From contig NW_021835514.1 in NCBI RefSeq assembly GCF_006345805.1, positions 1-41,631 on the forward strand: a stretch of DNA of 41,631 bases, given 5' to 3'. The position numbers were made by a program, and so were the translations under genes. Below the pieces are notes generated by a model. It worked only from the letters and a program-made list of their open reading frames with translations. It searched no databases and had not been told where the DNA came from. This DNA is from Octopus sinensis (lineage: Eukaryota). Below are positions 10,902 to 24,492 of this stretch, piece by piece (positions within the stretch are counted from its first letter, which is position 1; each line of letters begins with the position of its first letter).

Positions 10902-11339
10902 TACATATGTGTAAGCTATTGTGTCACGTGTGCATATATCATTTTATGTTTGTACATATGCAAGATGGCGGTTTTAGCTAGTTAATATCGCTAAATTACT
11001 TGGAATAATGTCTGCAAGGGATTTTTTTTCCTTTTTTTATATTTCATGTTTTGATATTTTGATATTTTGGTATATTGGTGTATTGGTATTATGGTATTTT
11101 ATGATGATAACAAAAAAGAAATAATAGATGTCTTTTAGCAAAGAGATATTTATCGCATAGTCTTATCATAGACAATATCTTCGGTTGATCTTAGTTGGTC
11201 AGGCAGGCATCTTTGTGGTCGATTAGTCACGGGATACACAACGTATAGATATAGCAATGACAGAGAGAGAGAGAGAGAGAGGGCTGTGAAGGAGAATGAG
11301 TGAGAGAGATACACACACACCAGATCACAGAGACACAAG

Positions 11340-11380
11340 CGTACATACATACATACTTACATACATACATACATAAATAC

Positions 11381-11432
<52 letters not shown>

Positions 11433-11464
11433 TACATACATACATACATACATACATACATACA

Positions 11465-11497
<33 letters not shown>
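11340..11497. repeat. (TACA)n/(GATA)n tetranucleotide array
   Basis: Direct inspection. Confidence 0.95.
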
Positions 11498-11498
<1 letters not shown>

Positions 11499-11806
11499 AA
11501 ACATTTCTGTCTTTTTTCCGTCCTTGTTTTCGTATACATTCGCTGTTTTCTTCCAAGGAATGTAATGCTCTTAGCTTATTTTTCCTTGGGGCTGGCCAGA
11601 TTGGAGCAATCTCGAGTATAACCAGCCAAAATTGCAAGGATAATCTGGAACTCGACTGAGGATAGAAAACTCCAAATGATCCGTCCTTGTTTTCCTTGTA
11701 TCGTCTGTCTGGATATTTTGTTTTTCCTTTTTTGTTTGTTTCACCTAACTGTCTGGATGTTTTCCGTTCTTGCCCCATTTTTGTATTTTATGTATACATA
11801 TATATA

Positions 11807-12036
11807 GATTCAGATGAATATGGTACCTAAGTTGAGTACGATCGTTTCATGCAATTCCATTTAATTGAACAATGCAATCATTACATATTTAAAATGCAGA
11901 GCAATCTTCAGGTGCACAAAGACATAGAATTTAATTAAATTAGAACAGATGGACACATTAGTATTATTATACCTAAAATCTCCAAGAAGTTAAGGAGAGA
12001 GACAAAGAATATGCTGACTCACTCCAGCATAGAAGT
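11807..12036 (-). mobile_element. AT-rich insert between (TA)n runs with a hammerhead-like motif
   Basis: Minus strand CTGAAGA (11911-11905) ... GAAAC-GATC-GTA (11848-11837); (TA)n on both sides. Confidence 0.35.
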
Positions 12037-12490
12037 TATATATATATATATACAAGGGGACAGATTGACAAAGTTAACATAACAAAGACATACATGCATG
12101 CAAACGCATATAGACGCACACTGAGAGACAAACACACACGCACACGCACGCACACACACATACGCAAGCATACACACACATACATACACTCACACACACA
12201 TACACACACATATAACGCATAAGGGCGGGGACTCGTCGGTCATACAAACGGGTTCACACACATACACGCACAATGGACACACTGATCACACACGCACAGC
12301 CATGCTCAAATAAACAAACTCACACACACGGAGATCAACAAACGCCATATATTAAGGTTTAGTCCTTTTTTACACAATAAGGCGCGTGCGCGCATTTTAA
12401 CCCCCCTCCCACACACACACACATACACGCGCGCGCAAAATGCGATAGGACATCGACCTTACAAACGGAGACCACCCTTCGCGGCCAATA

Positions 12491-12520
12491 GATCTGCTAG
12501 AAATAGCAGCCAAATCTGCT
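12491..12520 (-). repeat. Motif of a further dispersed repeat family (atttggctgctatttctagc), also near 20777 (+), 38855 (+), 39252 (-) and 40442 (+)
   Basis: Five recognisable copies of the same motif; full element boundaries not resolved. Confidence 0.6.
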
Positions 12521-12917
12521 TCAAGATCTAAACGTGTACTGTTTAAAGCCGAGGAAGGTGACGCAGGATTAAGGTGCGCCAGGTAGGTGTGTGTGTGATG
12601 AAATGACAATGACGGAATGGTCATGGTCGGAACGCTTTTCGTCTTTCATGTCTGGTCAATTGGTAGCTGAGCGAGAGGTGGTAGACTCTGATTGAACACG
12701 AAAGTAAGAGAAGTGACAACAACAACATCATCACCATCATCAACAACAACATCAAGAACAACAACAGCAGCAGCAGCAGTAGCAGCAACAACAACAACAG
12801 CAACAACAACATAAATAATCAACGTTGACAATGAAGATGGTTGTTGCGGCGACAGAGAAGGAAGGACAAAATCTGCCACAGCTGTGAGGGAAAAAACCAA
12901 CAAGAAAAAACCGACAT

Positions 12918-13084
12918 AGGCGCAGGAGTGGCTGTGTGGTAAGTAGCTTGCTAACCAACCACATGGTCCGGGTTCAGTCCCACTGCGTGGCATCTTGGGC
13001 AAGTGTCTTCTGCTATAGCCCCGGGCCGACCAATGCCTTCTGAGTGGATTTGGTAGACGGAAACTGAAAGAAGCCTGTCGTATG

Positions 13085-13149
<65 letters not shown>

Positions 13150-13362
13150 TTGTGTGTCTGTGTTTGTCCCCCTAGCATTGCTTGACACCGATGCTGGTGT
13201 GTTTACGTCCCCCGTCACTTAGCGGTTCGGCAACATAGACCGATAGATAAGTACTGGGCTTACAAAGAATAAGTCCCGGGTTCGATTTGCTCGACTAAAG
13301 GCGGTGCTCCAGCATGGCCGCAGTCAAATGACTGAAACAAGTAAAAGAGTAAAAGAGTAAAG
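12918..13362 (+). mobile_element. SINE family A, full length
   Basis: Same head, internal microsatellite and tail as 9617. Confidence 0.92.
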
Positions 13363-13604
13363 AAAAGAATGAAAACCAACAACAATAACAACAGCAACAA
13401 GGACAACAACAACAGCAGCAACAAGTGTAAAAAAAAAAGCGACAATAACAATAAATGCAACTGCAGTTAAAATGGCGGTAAACAACGGCAGAAGCTTTGT
13501 CGTTTAGATTTCTGCAACTGGAGCGTGTAAGAGAGCAGTAATGGTGGGGATTGCTATATAATAGAGCAACAAGCAAACTAGCGGCTGTAATAGCAGCAGC
13601 AGCA

Positions 13605-14170
13605 GGAGGACCAGCAGCAAGAAGAAGAAGAAGAAGAAGAAGAAGAAGAAGAAGAAGAAGAAGAAGAAGAAAAGAAAGAAGAAGAAGAAGAAGAAGGAAT
13701 AAGAAGGAGAAGAAGAAGAAGAAGAGAGAAGAAGAGAAGGAGAAGAAGGAAAAGAGAAGGAGAAGAAGAGAAGAGGAGGGAGAAGAAGAAGAAGAAGAAG
13801 AGAGAAGAAGAAGGAAAAGGAGAAGAAGAAGAAGAAGAAGAATAAGGAGAGAAGAAGGAAAAGGAGAGAAGAGAAGAAAGAAGAAGAAGAAGATGGAGGA
13901 GGAGGAGAAGAAGAAGAAGAAGGAAAAGGAGAAGAAAAAAGAAAAGGAGAAGAAGAAGGAAAAGGAGGAGGAGAAGAAGAAGAAGAATGTGGAGAAGGAG
14001 GAAGGGTGAAAAAGAAGAATGAGGAGGAGGAGAAGTGAAGAAGGAGGGGGAGAAGGGATGAAGAAGGAGGAGGAGGAGGAGGGGTGAAGGAGGAGGGGTG
14101 GTGGAGGAGGAGGAGGGTGAAGAAGAAGAAGGAAAAGGGGAGAGAAAGAGAAGAAAAGGAAGAAGCAGAG
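13605..14170. repeat. Imperfect (GAA/GGA)n purine tract
   Basis: About 560 bp almost purely A/G on the plus strand. Confidence 0.95.
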
Positions 14171-14469
14171 AAAGCAGCATTAGTAACAACAACAGCAACA
14201 AAATAACAACAGCAGCAATAATTGTAAAGTGGTCAGCAACAACAAGCACAACAAAGCTAGAAACAACAGCATCAGCCATTGTGATTACATACAACGGAGA
14301 AGGTCTTTGATGCACAGTTTAACGGAAGAAAACGAGATGGCCATGGCTAGATTGTCTTTAATCATAGATCTAGCGGATTATAGCTGGCCTCAAGCTAAGT
14401 AACATCAATGACAACAACAACAATAGCAACTTACACTAACTCTTCGACGGGCATTTGAAAGGAATAAAA

Positions 14470-14698
14470 TATATTATTTTCTGCTCTGGACACAAGACCC
14501 GAAATTTTGGGGGAGGGGAGGAAGGGGGCAGTCGATTAGATCGAACCCAGTACGCAACTTGTACTTAATTTTTCGATCCCGAAAGGATAAGAGGCAAAAA
14601 TCGACCTGGGTAGAATATGGACTCAGAAAGTAAAGACAGAGAAAATACAGCTATGCATTTCGCCCGGCGTGCCAACGATTCTGGCAGCTTTGCTGCCT
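14470..14698 (-). mobile_element. SINE family C, diverged monomer
   Basis: Reverse complement of the family C head and body. Confidence 0.7.
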
Positions 14699-14716
14699 TG
14701 AAAGACAAATGATATA

Positions 14717-15492
14717 TTTGTTTCTTTATTTCCCACGGGAGACTAAACGTAGAGGGGACAAAGAAGGATAGACAAAGGGGTTAAGTCGATTACATGGACG
14801 CCAATGCGTAACTGGTACTTATTTAATCGACCCCGAAAGAATGAAAGGCAAAATCGAGCTCGGCGGAATTTGAACTCAGAACGTAAAGACAGACGAAATA
14901 CCTATTTCTTTACTACCCACAAGGGGCTAAACAGAGAGGACAGACAAACGGATTAAGTCGATTATATCGACCCCAGTGCGTAACTGCTACTTATTTAATC
15001 GACCCCGAAAGGGTGATAGGTAAAGTCGACCTTGGCGGAATTTGAACTCAGAACGTAAAGACGGACGAAATACCTATTTCTTTACCACCCACAAGGGGCT
15101 AAACACAAAGAGGACAAACAAGGACAGACAAACGGATTAAGTCGATTATATCGACCCCAGTGCGTAGCTGGTACTTATGTAATCGACTCCGAAAGGGTGA
15201 AAGGCAAAGTCGACCTCGGCGGAATTTGAACTCAAAACGTAACGGCAGACGAAATACCTATTTCTTTACTACCCACAAGGGGCTAAATACAGAGAGGACA
15301 AACAAGGACAGTCAAACGGATTAAGTCGATTATATCGAGCCCATTTCGTAAAATGGTACTTATTTAATCGACCCCGAAAGGACGAAAGGCAAAGTCAACC
15401 TCGGCAGAATTTGAACTCAGAACGTAACGGCAGACGAAGTATGGCTACGCATTTCGCCCGGCGTGTTAACGTTTCTGCCAGCGCGCCGACTT
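14717..15492 (-). mobile_element. SINE family C tandem tetramer (one head plus four bodies)
   Basis: Unit junctions gaaatacc|tatttc at 14902/3, 15074/5 and 15258/9; head at about 15440-15492. Confidence 0.88.
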
Positions 15493-15624
15493 GAGAGGTA
15501 AATAATATATTCAATAAGATCAGAACCGAGTAATGCCTGAGACCAGTGCTGGATTAAGATCCATAGAGGCCCCAAGCACTTAAAACATTTTGGTGCCCCC
15601 ATATAGTCTTTCATTCTTTTATTT

Positions 15625-15893
15625 TCATATTCGTTTCAGTCATCTGACTGCAGCCATTTGACTGCAGCCATGCTGGAGCACCGCCTTTCGTCGAACAAAT
15701 CGTTCCCAGGACTTATTCTTTGTAAGCCTAGAACTTGTTCTATCGATCACTTTTTGCCGAACCGCTAAGTTACAGGGACGTAAACACACCAACATCGTTT
15801 GCAAGCGATGGTGAGGAGACAAACACAGACTCACAAACATATATACATATAAATATATACAACGGGCTTCTTTCAGTTTCCATCTACCAAATC

Positions 15894-15895
<2 letters not shown>
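15625..15895 (-). mobile_element. SINE family A, 3' part only, truncated at (AAT)n
   Basis: Family match ends abruptly at caaatcca (15895). Confidence 0.85.

Positions 15896-15896
<1 letters not shown>

Positions 15897-15990
<94 letters not shown>
15897..15990. repeat. (AAT)n immediately followed by (ATT)n; self-complementary
   Basis: About 15 units of each; the switch is at about 15941. Confidence 0.95.
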
Positions 15991-15991
<1 letters not shown>

Positions 15992-16950
15992 TCTTCCGGT
16001 ACCGATGTCTACTTCTACATAGGCACATCCTCTTCCCAGTTATCTAAGAGAATTTCCAATCATTATTCTTCATTATTCTTCATTTAGGGATAGCAGTAAA
16101 TGTCATAGCACAGAGCTAAGAAGGAATATATTCACAGACATGACAGAGTTGGAACCTACATACATTGGAAGCTATGCCAACATTATGGAATAACAACAGA
16201 AAAAAGATGGTATAGGCACACACCAGAAAAGGTCGCAAAAAACGAGAAAGCAACCATACTCTGGGATATGCCGATACACACAGATAGAGAAAAAAGGCCA
16301 ACAGACCAGATATAGTTGTCAGAGATCATGAAGAAAAAAAATGCTTTCTAATTGATGTATCAATACCAGCAGATGACAACGTGTCTCTAAAAGAAATGGA
16401 GAAACTTTCAAAATACAAAGACCTGGAAATAGAGGTAACCAGAATGTGGAATCTAAAAACAGAAACAATTCCTATCATAGTAGCTGCATTAGGCATGATA
16501 AAAAAATATTCAGACAAATACATAACAAAAACACCAGGACTTACAAACACATATAACATACAGAAAATTGCACTACTAGGCACTGCACACATCCTACGCA
16601 GAACACTTTCCATACAATAACCATCAGAGCATCACAACAAATCACAGCACATACCCAAGGCACACAGAGCTGCGCTCGGTAGTGAAGTGAAAGCACGCTA
16701 TAAAAATAAAACTACTGAATAATAATAATAGCAATAAAAACATGGTTTTTGTCTCTGAGGACAACCCCAACAGAATTTAATTTATGCCTAATAATTCTAA
16801 GATCAAGAATTCTATATACCAGTGTAAAATTTCTGCCGGTACCGATGTCTACTTCTACATAGGCGCATCCTCTTCCCAGTTATCTAAGAGAATTTCAAAT
16901 CATTATTCATAATTTAGGGATAGCAGTAAACGTCATAGCACAGGGCTAAG
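15991..16950 (+). repeat. 120-130-bp direct repeat (15991-16120 and 16831-16950) around the LINE insertion
   Basis: ttct.ccggtaccgatgtctacttctacatagg...catagcacag.gctaag twice, with a few substitutions and one 10-bp indel. Confidence 0.92.
16115..16730 (+). mobile_element. R4/Dong-type LINE, 5'-truncated, with intact RLE C-terminus, 3' UTR and (AAT)n tail
   Basis: AKKEYIHRHDRVGTYIHWKLCQHYG..ILWDMPIHTDREKKANRPDIVVRDHEEKKCFLIDVSIPADDNVSLKEMEKLSKYKDL..LRRTLSIQ* (stop 16620); tail 16718-16730. Confidence 0.92.
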
Positions 16951-17558
16951 TAAATTGGTTTCGCATCTTAAAGACAACAATAAAGATTTTAAGTTAGTTT
17001 GGTTCATCCTGTCCATATCTTTTCCTTACGATAAGGGCAAGGGATTTTGTAACATTCGCAACTCTGAGCACTTCCATATTCTCTTCTCTAAGAATCACCT
17101 TGTTAATACACTTATAGAGCGATCTCACAAATGTAAGAACTGGCAGAAACATACCTTTAGCTCATATAAGTTTGAACAGTTATTTTAACTTGCACTTTAC
17201 TTCAATAAAGAAATCTGCTTCCAAGACTTTGAACATTTTTTCAACCAACGTATCCTTTTTTATTTGTTCTCTACTTATTATTTCTTTAACCCTTCTCTTT
17301 CTAGTATCTGCCTTTGACGTCGAATCTACTAACGGTTTTTTTAAATACGTAATAACGTTCTGTTTATCATTTATGCAGTCATCGTAATTGTTATAATGTC
17401 TTGTTGTTGAGATAGGCTCTCTTTCTTTCCTGATGACAAGATTGCATTTTACACCCTTTATTCCTTTGGAATAAAACCAATGTTGTCTTCGAAACATATG
17501 TCGAAAGTAAAATAATTTTAATAACATCTGCGTTCAACTCCATTTATTTACTTATATA

Positions 17559-17646
<88 letters not shown>

Positions 17647-17904
17647 TATATATATACACATGCATACGAATACATATAAATGAATACATATGTATGTGAG
17701 TGTATACCAGTATATGGAAAGGTGCTGATAGGGGAACCATCAGAGTGATCCTCAGAACGATACATGGTAGTTGAAAATATCAACTCTACTGCAGAAAGAA
17801 AGCTGACCCTCTCGTTCTCTTTCTCTTTCTCTGTATCTGTCTGTCTCCCCCCTCTCTCTCTCTCTCTCTCCTCTCTCTCTGTATATATATATATATAATA
17901 TATA

Positions 17905-18068
17905 CAACAGGCTTCTTTCAGTTTCCGTCTACTAAATCCACTCACAAGAGTTTGGTCGGCCCGAGGCTACAGTAGAAGACACTTGCCAAAGGCGTCACGA
18001 AGTGGAACTGAACCCGGAACCATGTGGTTGGTAAGCAAGCTACTTACCACAAAGCCACTCCTACGCCT
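17905..18068 (-). mobile_element. SINE family A, 5' half
   Basis: Reverse complement of the head up to the internal (TA)n. Confidence 0.85.
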
Positions 18069-18122
18069 ATGTATACTATATATATATATATATATATATA
18101 TACATACACACACATATATATA

Positions 18123-18175
<53 letters not shown>

Positions 18176-18659
18176 CATATATATATAATATATATATAAT
18201 ATATATGTCTGTATATATATATATATAAATATATACATATAAATACACCACACACACATATATATATATACATACACACAAATATATATATATATATACG
18301 CCAAACCTCAACAGTTTCAAATCTCTTTAATCCTAGAGTGAAACGGAGAGGTTTTCAAAGTTCATGCAACCCATCCACCGTCCTCAAGTTATTACTATCT
18401 TACAAAAATATAACACACACACAACACACCACACACACACACACACACATCTAGATATGTTTGTCAAGAAATAAAAAAAGCAAAAAAAGAAAGAACATGA
18501 AAATAATCAAACCTCAAAACCAAATAAGACATAACCAGGCAAGATGCTTTGAGTGATATATGGTTAGTTTAGAATAATTTAATGTTCCAATGTTAATGTT
18601 TCAATCCGAAAACTAAAAACAGTATCACCATTCGTTTGTGCAAACACAGACACATATGC

Positions 18660-18697
<38 letters not shown>

Positions 18698-19149
18698 ATA
18701 TATTATATACACATAGATATGTGTGTGCGTATATATATATATATGTATGTATCTATGTATACATATATATTATAATTTTTATTTATTTGTTTGCTTTTAA
18801 TCTTGTGGAGATAAGAAAACAGTTCAAGGAAGTAAAGAAGGTTTGGTTAAATCGATAGCAAGAATGGATCGTGGAGCAAACACATCGTAATATTAAAAGA
18901 ACTTATAAATCACTGATAAACCACGACAGAAGTATAACTTAATATGCAATAACAAAACAGAAAAATGATGAAAAGAAAAAGAAAAGAAAAAAGATTCAAG
19001 CCTACAACGTTGCCGTGTTTTTTCTTTCTTTTTTTTTTACATAATACAAATTTATATAGATATGTACATACACACACACATACATACACATATGTATACT
19101 AATAGATAATATGCATGCTTGTATGTATGTGTATGTGTACATATAAATT

Positions 19150-19670
19150 CCGTAAATCCTCGAGTATAGTCCGCCCTTGAGTATAATACGTAGGGGATTT
19201 TTAGGGGGCTGTACCTCTGAAAAACCTAAGCCTTGTGTATAATACGCACACCTTCTTTAACTTGAGTCGTGCGTAATTAAGCCAGCAGCACCTAGTCGAA
19301 CATACACTTCCGCGCATGCGTAATACAATAATGGTGATGTTCTTAACTATTATATGGGAATGTAAATATGTTTGCAAATTGTTTTTGTTACATGTTATTC
19401 TGTGTTCTGAATACTTTTATTTTAATAAATGTTGCTTACTGCAAGTTATGGATGATTCTTTTATGACTTCATTGCTTTCAGGCTTAGCTTAAGGTATTTT
19501 CGTGCCCGACATCACAAAATGCGTCTGAATAAACATTGCTGGACAGCAAATTGAGACTCGGACATTGCTTAGAAAACATTTTTCATTTTTAACCTCGTAT
19601 ATAGTACGCACTAGGGATTTTGACCTTTAAATTTTGGAAAAAAGTGCGGATTATACTCGAGGATTTCCGA
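19150..19670. mobile_element. MITE of the Tc1/mariner superfamily (pogo/Tc2-like CCGTA termini)
   Basis: ccgtaaatcctcgagtatagtccgc ... gcggattatactcgaggatttccga followed by TA. Confidence 0.8.
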
Positions 19671-19882
19671 TATATGTATGTATGTATGCATGTATGTATG
19701 CATGTATGCATGTATGTATGTATGTATGTATGTATGTGTGTATGTATGTATGTATGTATGTATGCATGCACGCACATAGAGAGAGAGAGGGATATGTATA
19801 TAAATACACAGCCATATATGTATACATACATGTATACATGCATGTATATGTGTTTGCGTGTTTATGTACGTTCAGGTATATA

Positions 19883-20351
19883 CGTAGTCTGATCAATAAG
19901 TATCCGGATTGTTATAATAACGAAGCTAAAACACGGAGAGTAAAGCAGCTTGGCGCAGATTGACCTTGAACTCTGCTGTGCATCCGTACTAAGTTTTAAC
20001 GTTGTAGCTCACTTCCGCTGTTTACAGCAGTGCTTGGAAGGAACGTGTGTAGCGTGTGATCGTCGCATTGACCATGACAAAGTTGAGCACAGAATCTGCA
20101 TCAAATTTTGCCAAAAGCTTGGAGATACTTGCTCAGAGGCCTACGCAAAGTTTTCAAAAAGATTTCATCGTTCTTGATACAATCAAGGAGATCTTGGGCA
20201 ACTGAAACCCCATATCCTTTTGGTCAGCTGAAAGCAGTTTTGGCAAAACTTGCTGGACACACGTCTCATACCCAAATCTTCAGCCTCACTTTGCGTGCAT
20301 TAGCTTCGTTACTATGGCAACAGTCCAGATACTTATTGATCAGTACTCGTG
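19883..20351 (+). mobile_element. Internally deleted and rearranged mariner
   Basis: TIRs ta-cgtagtctgatcaataagtatccgga and tccagatacttattgatcagtactcgtg-ta. Plus strand DKVEHRICIKFCQKLGDTCSEAY; minus strand DLGMRRVSSKF..KLLSADQKD..SVAQDLLDCIKNDE. Confidence 0.88.
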
Positions 20352-20353
20352 TA

Positions 20354-21758
20354 TCTTAATATATAAAATCGGTTCCGTCTGTCTGTCTGACTGTGTGTTT
20401 GTGCGCTTATAATTCGAGTATTCCTCATCCGATCGCGCTGAAAATTGAAACATAGATACATGAGAGAGCTGGGCATTCCTTAATCTAAAAAATTTCAAAA
20501 TCCTTAGTTTCAAAGTGGGAATCACTGTTTTTGTAATCTTTAATGTCCTGCTTGTTCCGCCATTAAAACAACCAGTTGCTCACACAGCCGGCATATACCA
20601 TTTCGCTAGCAACAAGGGGAGTACAGAATGACAGTCAACCAGAACCGTCGCTATGCTGTCTCTCTTCTTTCTTCTCTCTGTGGGGTTGATAGTCTTAATC
20701 TTTAGTTACAATTTCTCATTCAAACTACATAACAGGCAGAATTGTCGGATTAAGACAGTAGGGTATTTTGAGGAAGATTTGGCTGCGATTTCTACCAGGT
20801 CTAGCTACCATGTGGAGATCTGCCTCAATGATATTATATATTCCTTATGTTTTCCAAAACCGAGTTACAGATTTTGATGTATGGGGTATCAAAAGATTCA
20901 GTACTATTTTGGCTACAAATTTAACATATTCTTTTTCATAAATCAACTATCGTAAAATTTTATGCTATTACCTCACATATTCTATGTGTGTGTACCTTAA
21001 AAGACGTCAATCAACTCGACACACCTTCACTCACTCACTCTATCTCTTTTTCTCACTCTCTTTCTCTCTCACATACACACGCGCAAGCACGCATACGCAC
21101 ATGCACACACACACACACACACCACACACACACACACACACGTCCATTTCATATAGACGTACACACATCTTTCATTTTCTTTCTCTGTTCTTTTCGCTTT
21201 ATCTTCTTTCAATTTCTGCACTCTTGAAATGAAATTTTTACGGATGCAACGGCTTACAAAAATAGGGATTAATGTATAATTTCTCTCTGTGTTCATAATT
21301 TTTTGTTTACAACATTGAGAAAAATATGCCACCAAAGAAAAGACGTAATCTCTCCAGAAACAAGTATAAAGTAAGGAGGATTGTAGAAAACCGAAGGCGA
21401 GAATTTGAAGAGAGAAGCTAGATGAGATTTTCTCAAAATCAGCAAATGCATGTTGCAGCACTTAATGCTAGATCATTAGATCAATGTTTTAATGGTTAGA
21501 CAAAGGTCCTATAGAATAGCTCTCAGGAACAGACTACGTTCAAATTCGTTCCTCACAACTCCTGAAGCTGTTTTCAGATATGATCCATCCCATTCTTATA
21601 AAAATGATAACTCTGTCCAAATTGGTGTGCTGACCACAAATTGTCTTTTCTGTAGAGCTTTAAAATTTTCAAATGAAACAAATGGTATGTGCTGCTCAGG
21701 CGGTCATAAAACATTGCCAGCACTACCAGCTCCTTCTCAACCTCTGTGGATCTTCTAG
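20354..21758 (+). mobile_element. Helitron 5' portion with decayed Rep/helicase N-terminus (21326-21758), 3'-truncated
   Basis: A|TCttaatatataaaa..gtctgtctgtctg 5' end; MPPKKRRNL start; FRYDPS..VQIGVLTTNCLFCRALKFSNETNGMCCSGG.KTLPALPAP zinc-finger-like segment. Continuity of the two parts is inferred. Confidence 0.7.
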
Positions 21759-21811
21759 AATATATATACGTATAAGCGTCTAATATATATATATACGCTT
21801 ATATATATGCA

Positions 21812-21856
<45 letters not shown>

Positions 21857-22172
21857 GATATATATATATGCATATCTATGTATATATATATATAAATATA
21901 TAGATAGATAGATATGTATATATGTATGTATGTATATATATATATATATATATGTGTGCGTGTTTATGGACATATATATATATATTTATATATATATATA
22001 TAAATTGAGATGGTGGTTGTTAGTGCAACCCACCATGGGATAACATATATCCAATATACTGCCAGTAAAGCACCCAACAAGGTTAATATATAAATGTTAA
22101 GAATTGCGATGCAATTAATTCATTTATTATATTATATGGGCAAAGGTAAAATGTTTTACCACAAATTAATAA

Positions 22173-22647
<475 letters not shown>

Positions 22648-22829
22648 TTCTTTTATCCTTTTACTTGTTTCAGCCTTTGACTGTGGCTATGTATGTATAT
22701 ATGTATCTATCTATACATATATATTATGTATAAATATTATAAATATATATATATATGGCTTCCTTATTACTCCACCCGTATTTCTCCCACCGCTTGACCT
22801 TCTCCTAATACAGTGTTCTCTCTACATCT

Positions 22830-23182
22830 CTGTTTTTTATCATTAAGACTATTCTGCAGAGGCCTGAATAAGTGGAAATCTAAAGGAGCAATATCTAGTG
22901 AATATGGAGGGTGGGTAACACATCCCAGCCGAGCTGCAGCAATTTTTGTCTGGTTCCCAAAATATCAAGTGCCGAAAACGAACTTTCTTATCTTCCATTT
23001 TAAAGGGTTACAGAATTAATACAGGTTATAGGAACATAAATCTTCTTCCACGAAAAGATGGCTTAAACTGTGCTCTAAATGGAGGTGTAGTCAACTTCTA
23101 TTTTATGCACTCAGCCATGTTCTAAAATAAGTCGAAAAGTAAGCTTCTATAAATCGGCACGAACTTTCCGGACAACCCAATA
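22830..23182 (-). mobile_element. Mariner deletion derivative (one TIR plus YSPDL-region remnant)
   Basis: TIR tattgggttgtccggaaagttcgtgccgattt (23182-23151); TRQKLLQLGWDVLPHPPYSLDIAPLDFHLFRPLQNSLNDKK. Confidence 0.85.
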
Positions 23183-23533
23183 GAATTTATTCTTGGCACT
23201 AATTTGCGGAGTGTTAGAGACTTCGGTCCGGAACATTGTCTCTACTCTTGCCAAATTCCAGTATGTTTTGAGGACCCGTACGAAATACACCACACTTTGC
23301 TTTAGTCATTCTAGTGACTGCAAACTTAACCAATGGGCGATGGTAGCAGAAGACAATGAAACGGCAACGTATATAGGTTCTTGTTTTCATTCAACCCTTG
23401 GTAAAGACGCGCAGCTAAAAGGATAGGGATATTTGGCTGACGATTGTGAATACGTGAGTTCGTTTCCCAGCGGTGTGTTGTCTCCTAGAGCTCCACTCTG
23501 TTGCAAGCTTTCGGACAGGATTTTTGGTCTCTC

Positions 23534-23942
23534 TCTTTTACTCTCTTTTACTTGTTTCAGTCATTTGACTGCGGCCATGCTGGAGCACCGCCTTTAGTCG
23601 AGCAACTTGACCCCGGGACTTATTCTTTGTAAGCCCAGTACTTATTCTATCGGTCTCTTTTGCCAAACCGCTAAGTGACGGGGACATAAACACACCAGCA
23701 TCGGTTGTCAAGCAATGCTAGGTGGACAAACACAGTCACACAAACACACACATACATATACATATATATACATATATACGACAGGCTCCTTTCAGTTTCC
23801 GTCTACCAAATCCACTCACAAGACATTGGTCGGCCCGAGGCTATAGCAGAAGACACTTGCCCAAGATGCCACGCAGTGGGACTGAACCCGGAACCATGTG
23901 GTTGGTAAGCAAGCTACTTACCACACAGCCACTCCTGCGCCT
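23534..23942 (-). mobile_element. SINE family A, full length
   Basis: Complete reverse-complement match. Confidence 0.92.
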
Positions 23943-24090
23943 ATGAGAATAATTCCTTTACTTCTTTCCACCATTCTTCGTGGCCTTGACAAAAAGTCAG
24001 AGATCATAAAACGTTGTTTTTCCACCGTTGGCGAATGGATAGGTCACGTGGGAAAATGGCATGATGCTCACAACGGAACTGTTTTGGGTT

Positions 24091-24492
24091 TATCTTTTAC
24101 TTGTTTCAGTCAGTGGACAGTGGCCATTCTGGGTCACCACATTGAAAGGTTTTAGTTAAACAAATTAACCTCGGTACTAATTCTTTAGTTTGGTACTTAC
24201 TCTTTCAGACACGTTTGTCGAACTGCGAAGTTACGGGAACGTTAACAAACCAATACTGGTTGTCAAACGGTGGTGTGGACAAACACAAAGACACACACAA
24301 CCCTCACACACACACGCCTCACACACACACACACATATTATGGGCTTCCACACAGTTTCCGTCTACTAAATTCACTTAGAAGGCATTGGGTCTGTCCGGG
24401 ACTATAGTAGAGGTACCGCGTAGTGGATCTGAACTCGAAACCTGGTGGCTGGAAAGCGAACTTTCTTAACCACAACAGACATGCTTGCGCCT
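24091..24492 (-). mobile_element. SINE family A-related, older copy
   Basis: Diverged but colinear with family A. Confidence 0.75.

Noticed and set aside
11227-11778. 183-aa minus-strand ORF
   Set aside because: Much of it is tetranucleotide repeat; the rest shows no recognisable motif or convincing splice signals.
13551-14315. Arg/Lys/Glu-rich and Leu/Ser-rich ORFs
   Set aside because: Product of the (GAA)n purine tract.
15545-15602. cagtgctggattaag..ggcccc resembling a hAT-like terminus
   Set aside because: No matching opposite terminus or TSD found.
23193-23426. ORF with ..NETATYIGS.. resembling a GIY-YIG YIG motif
   Set aside because: A single short motif with no supporting flanking residues; too weak to call.
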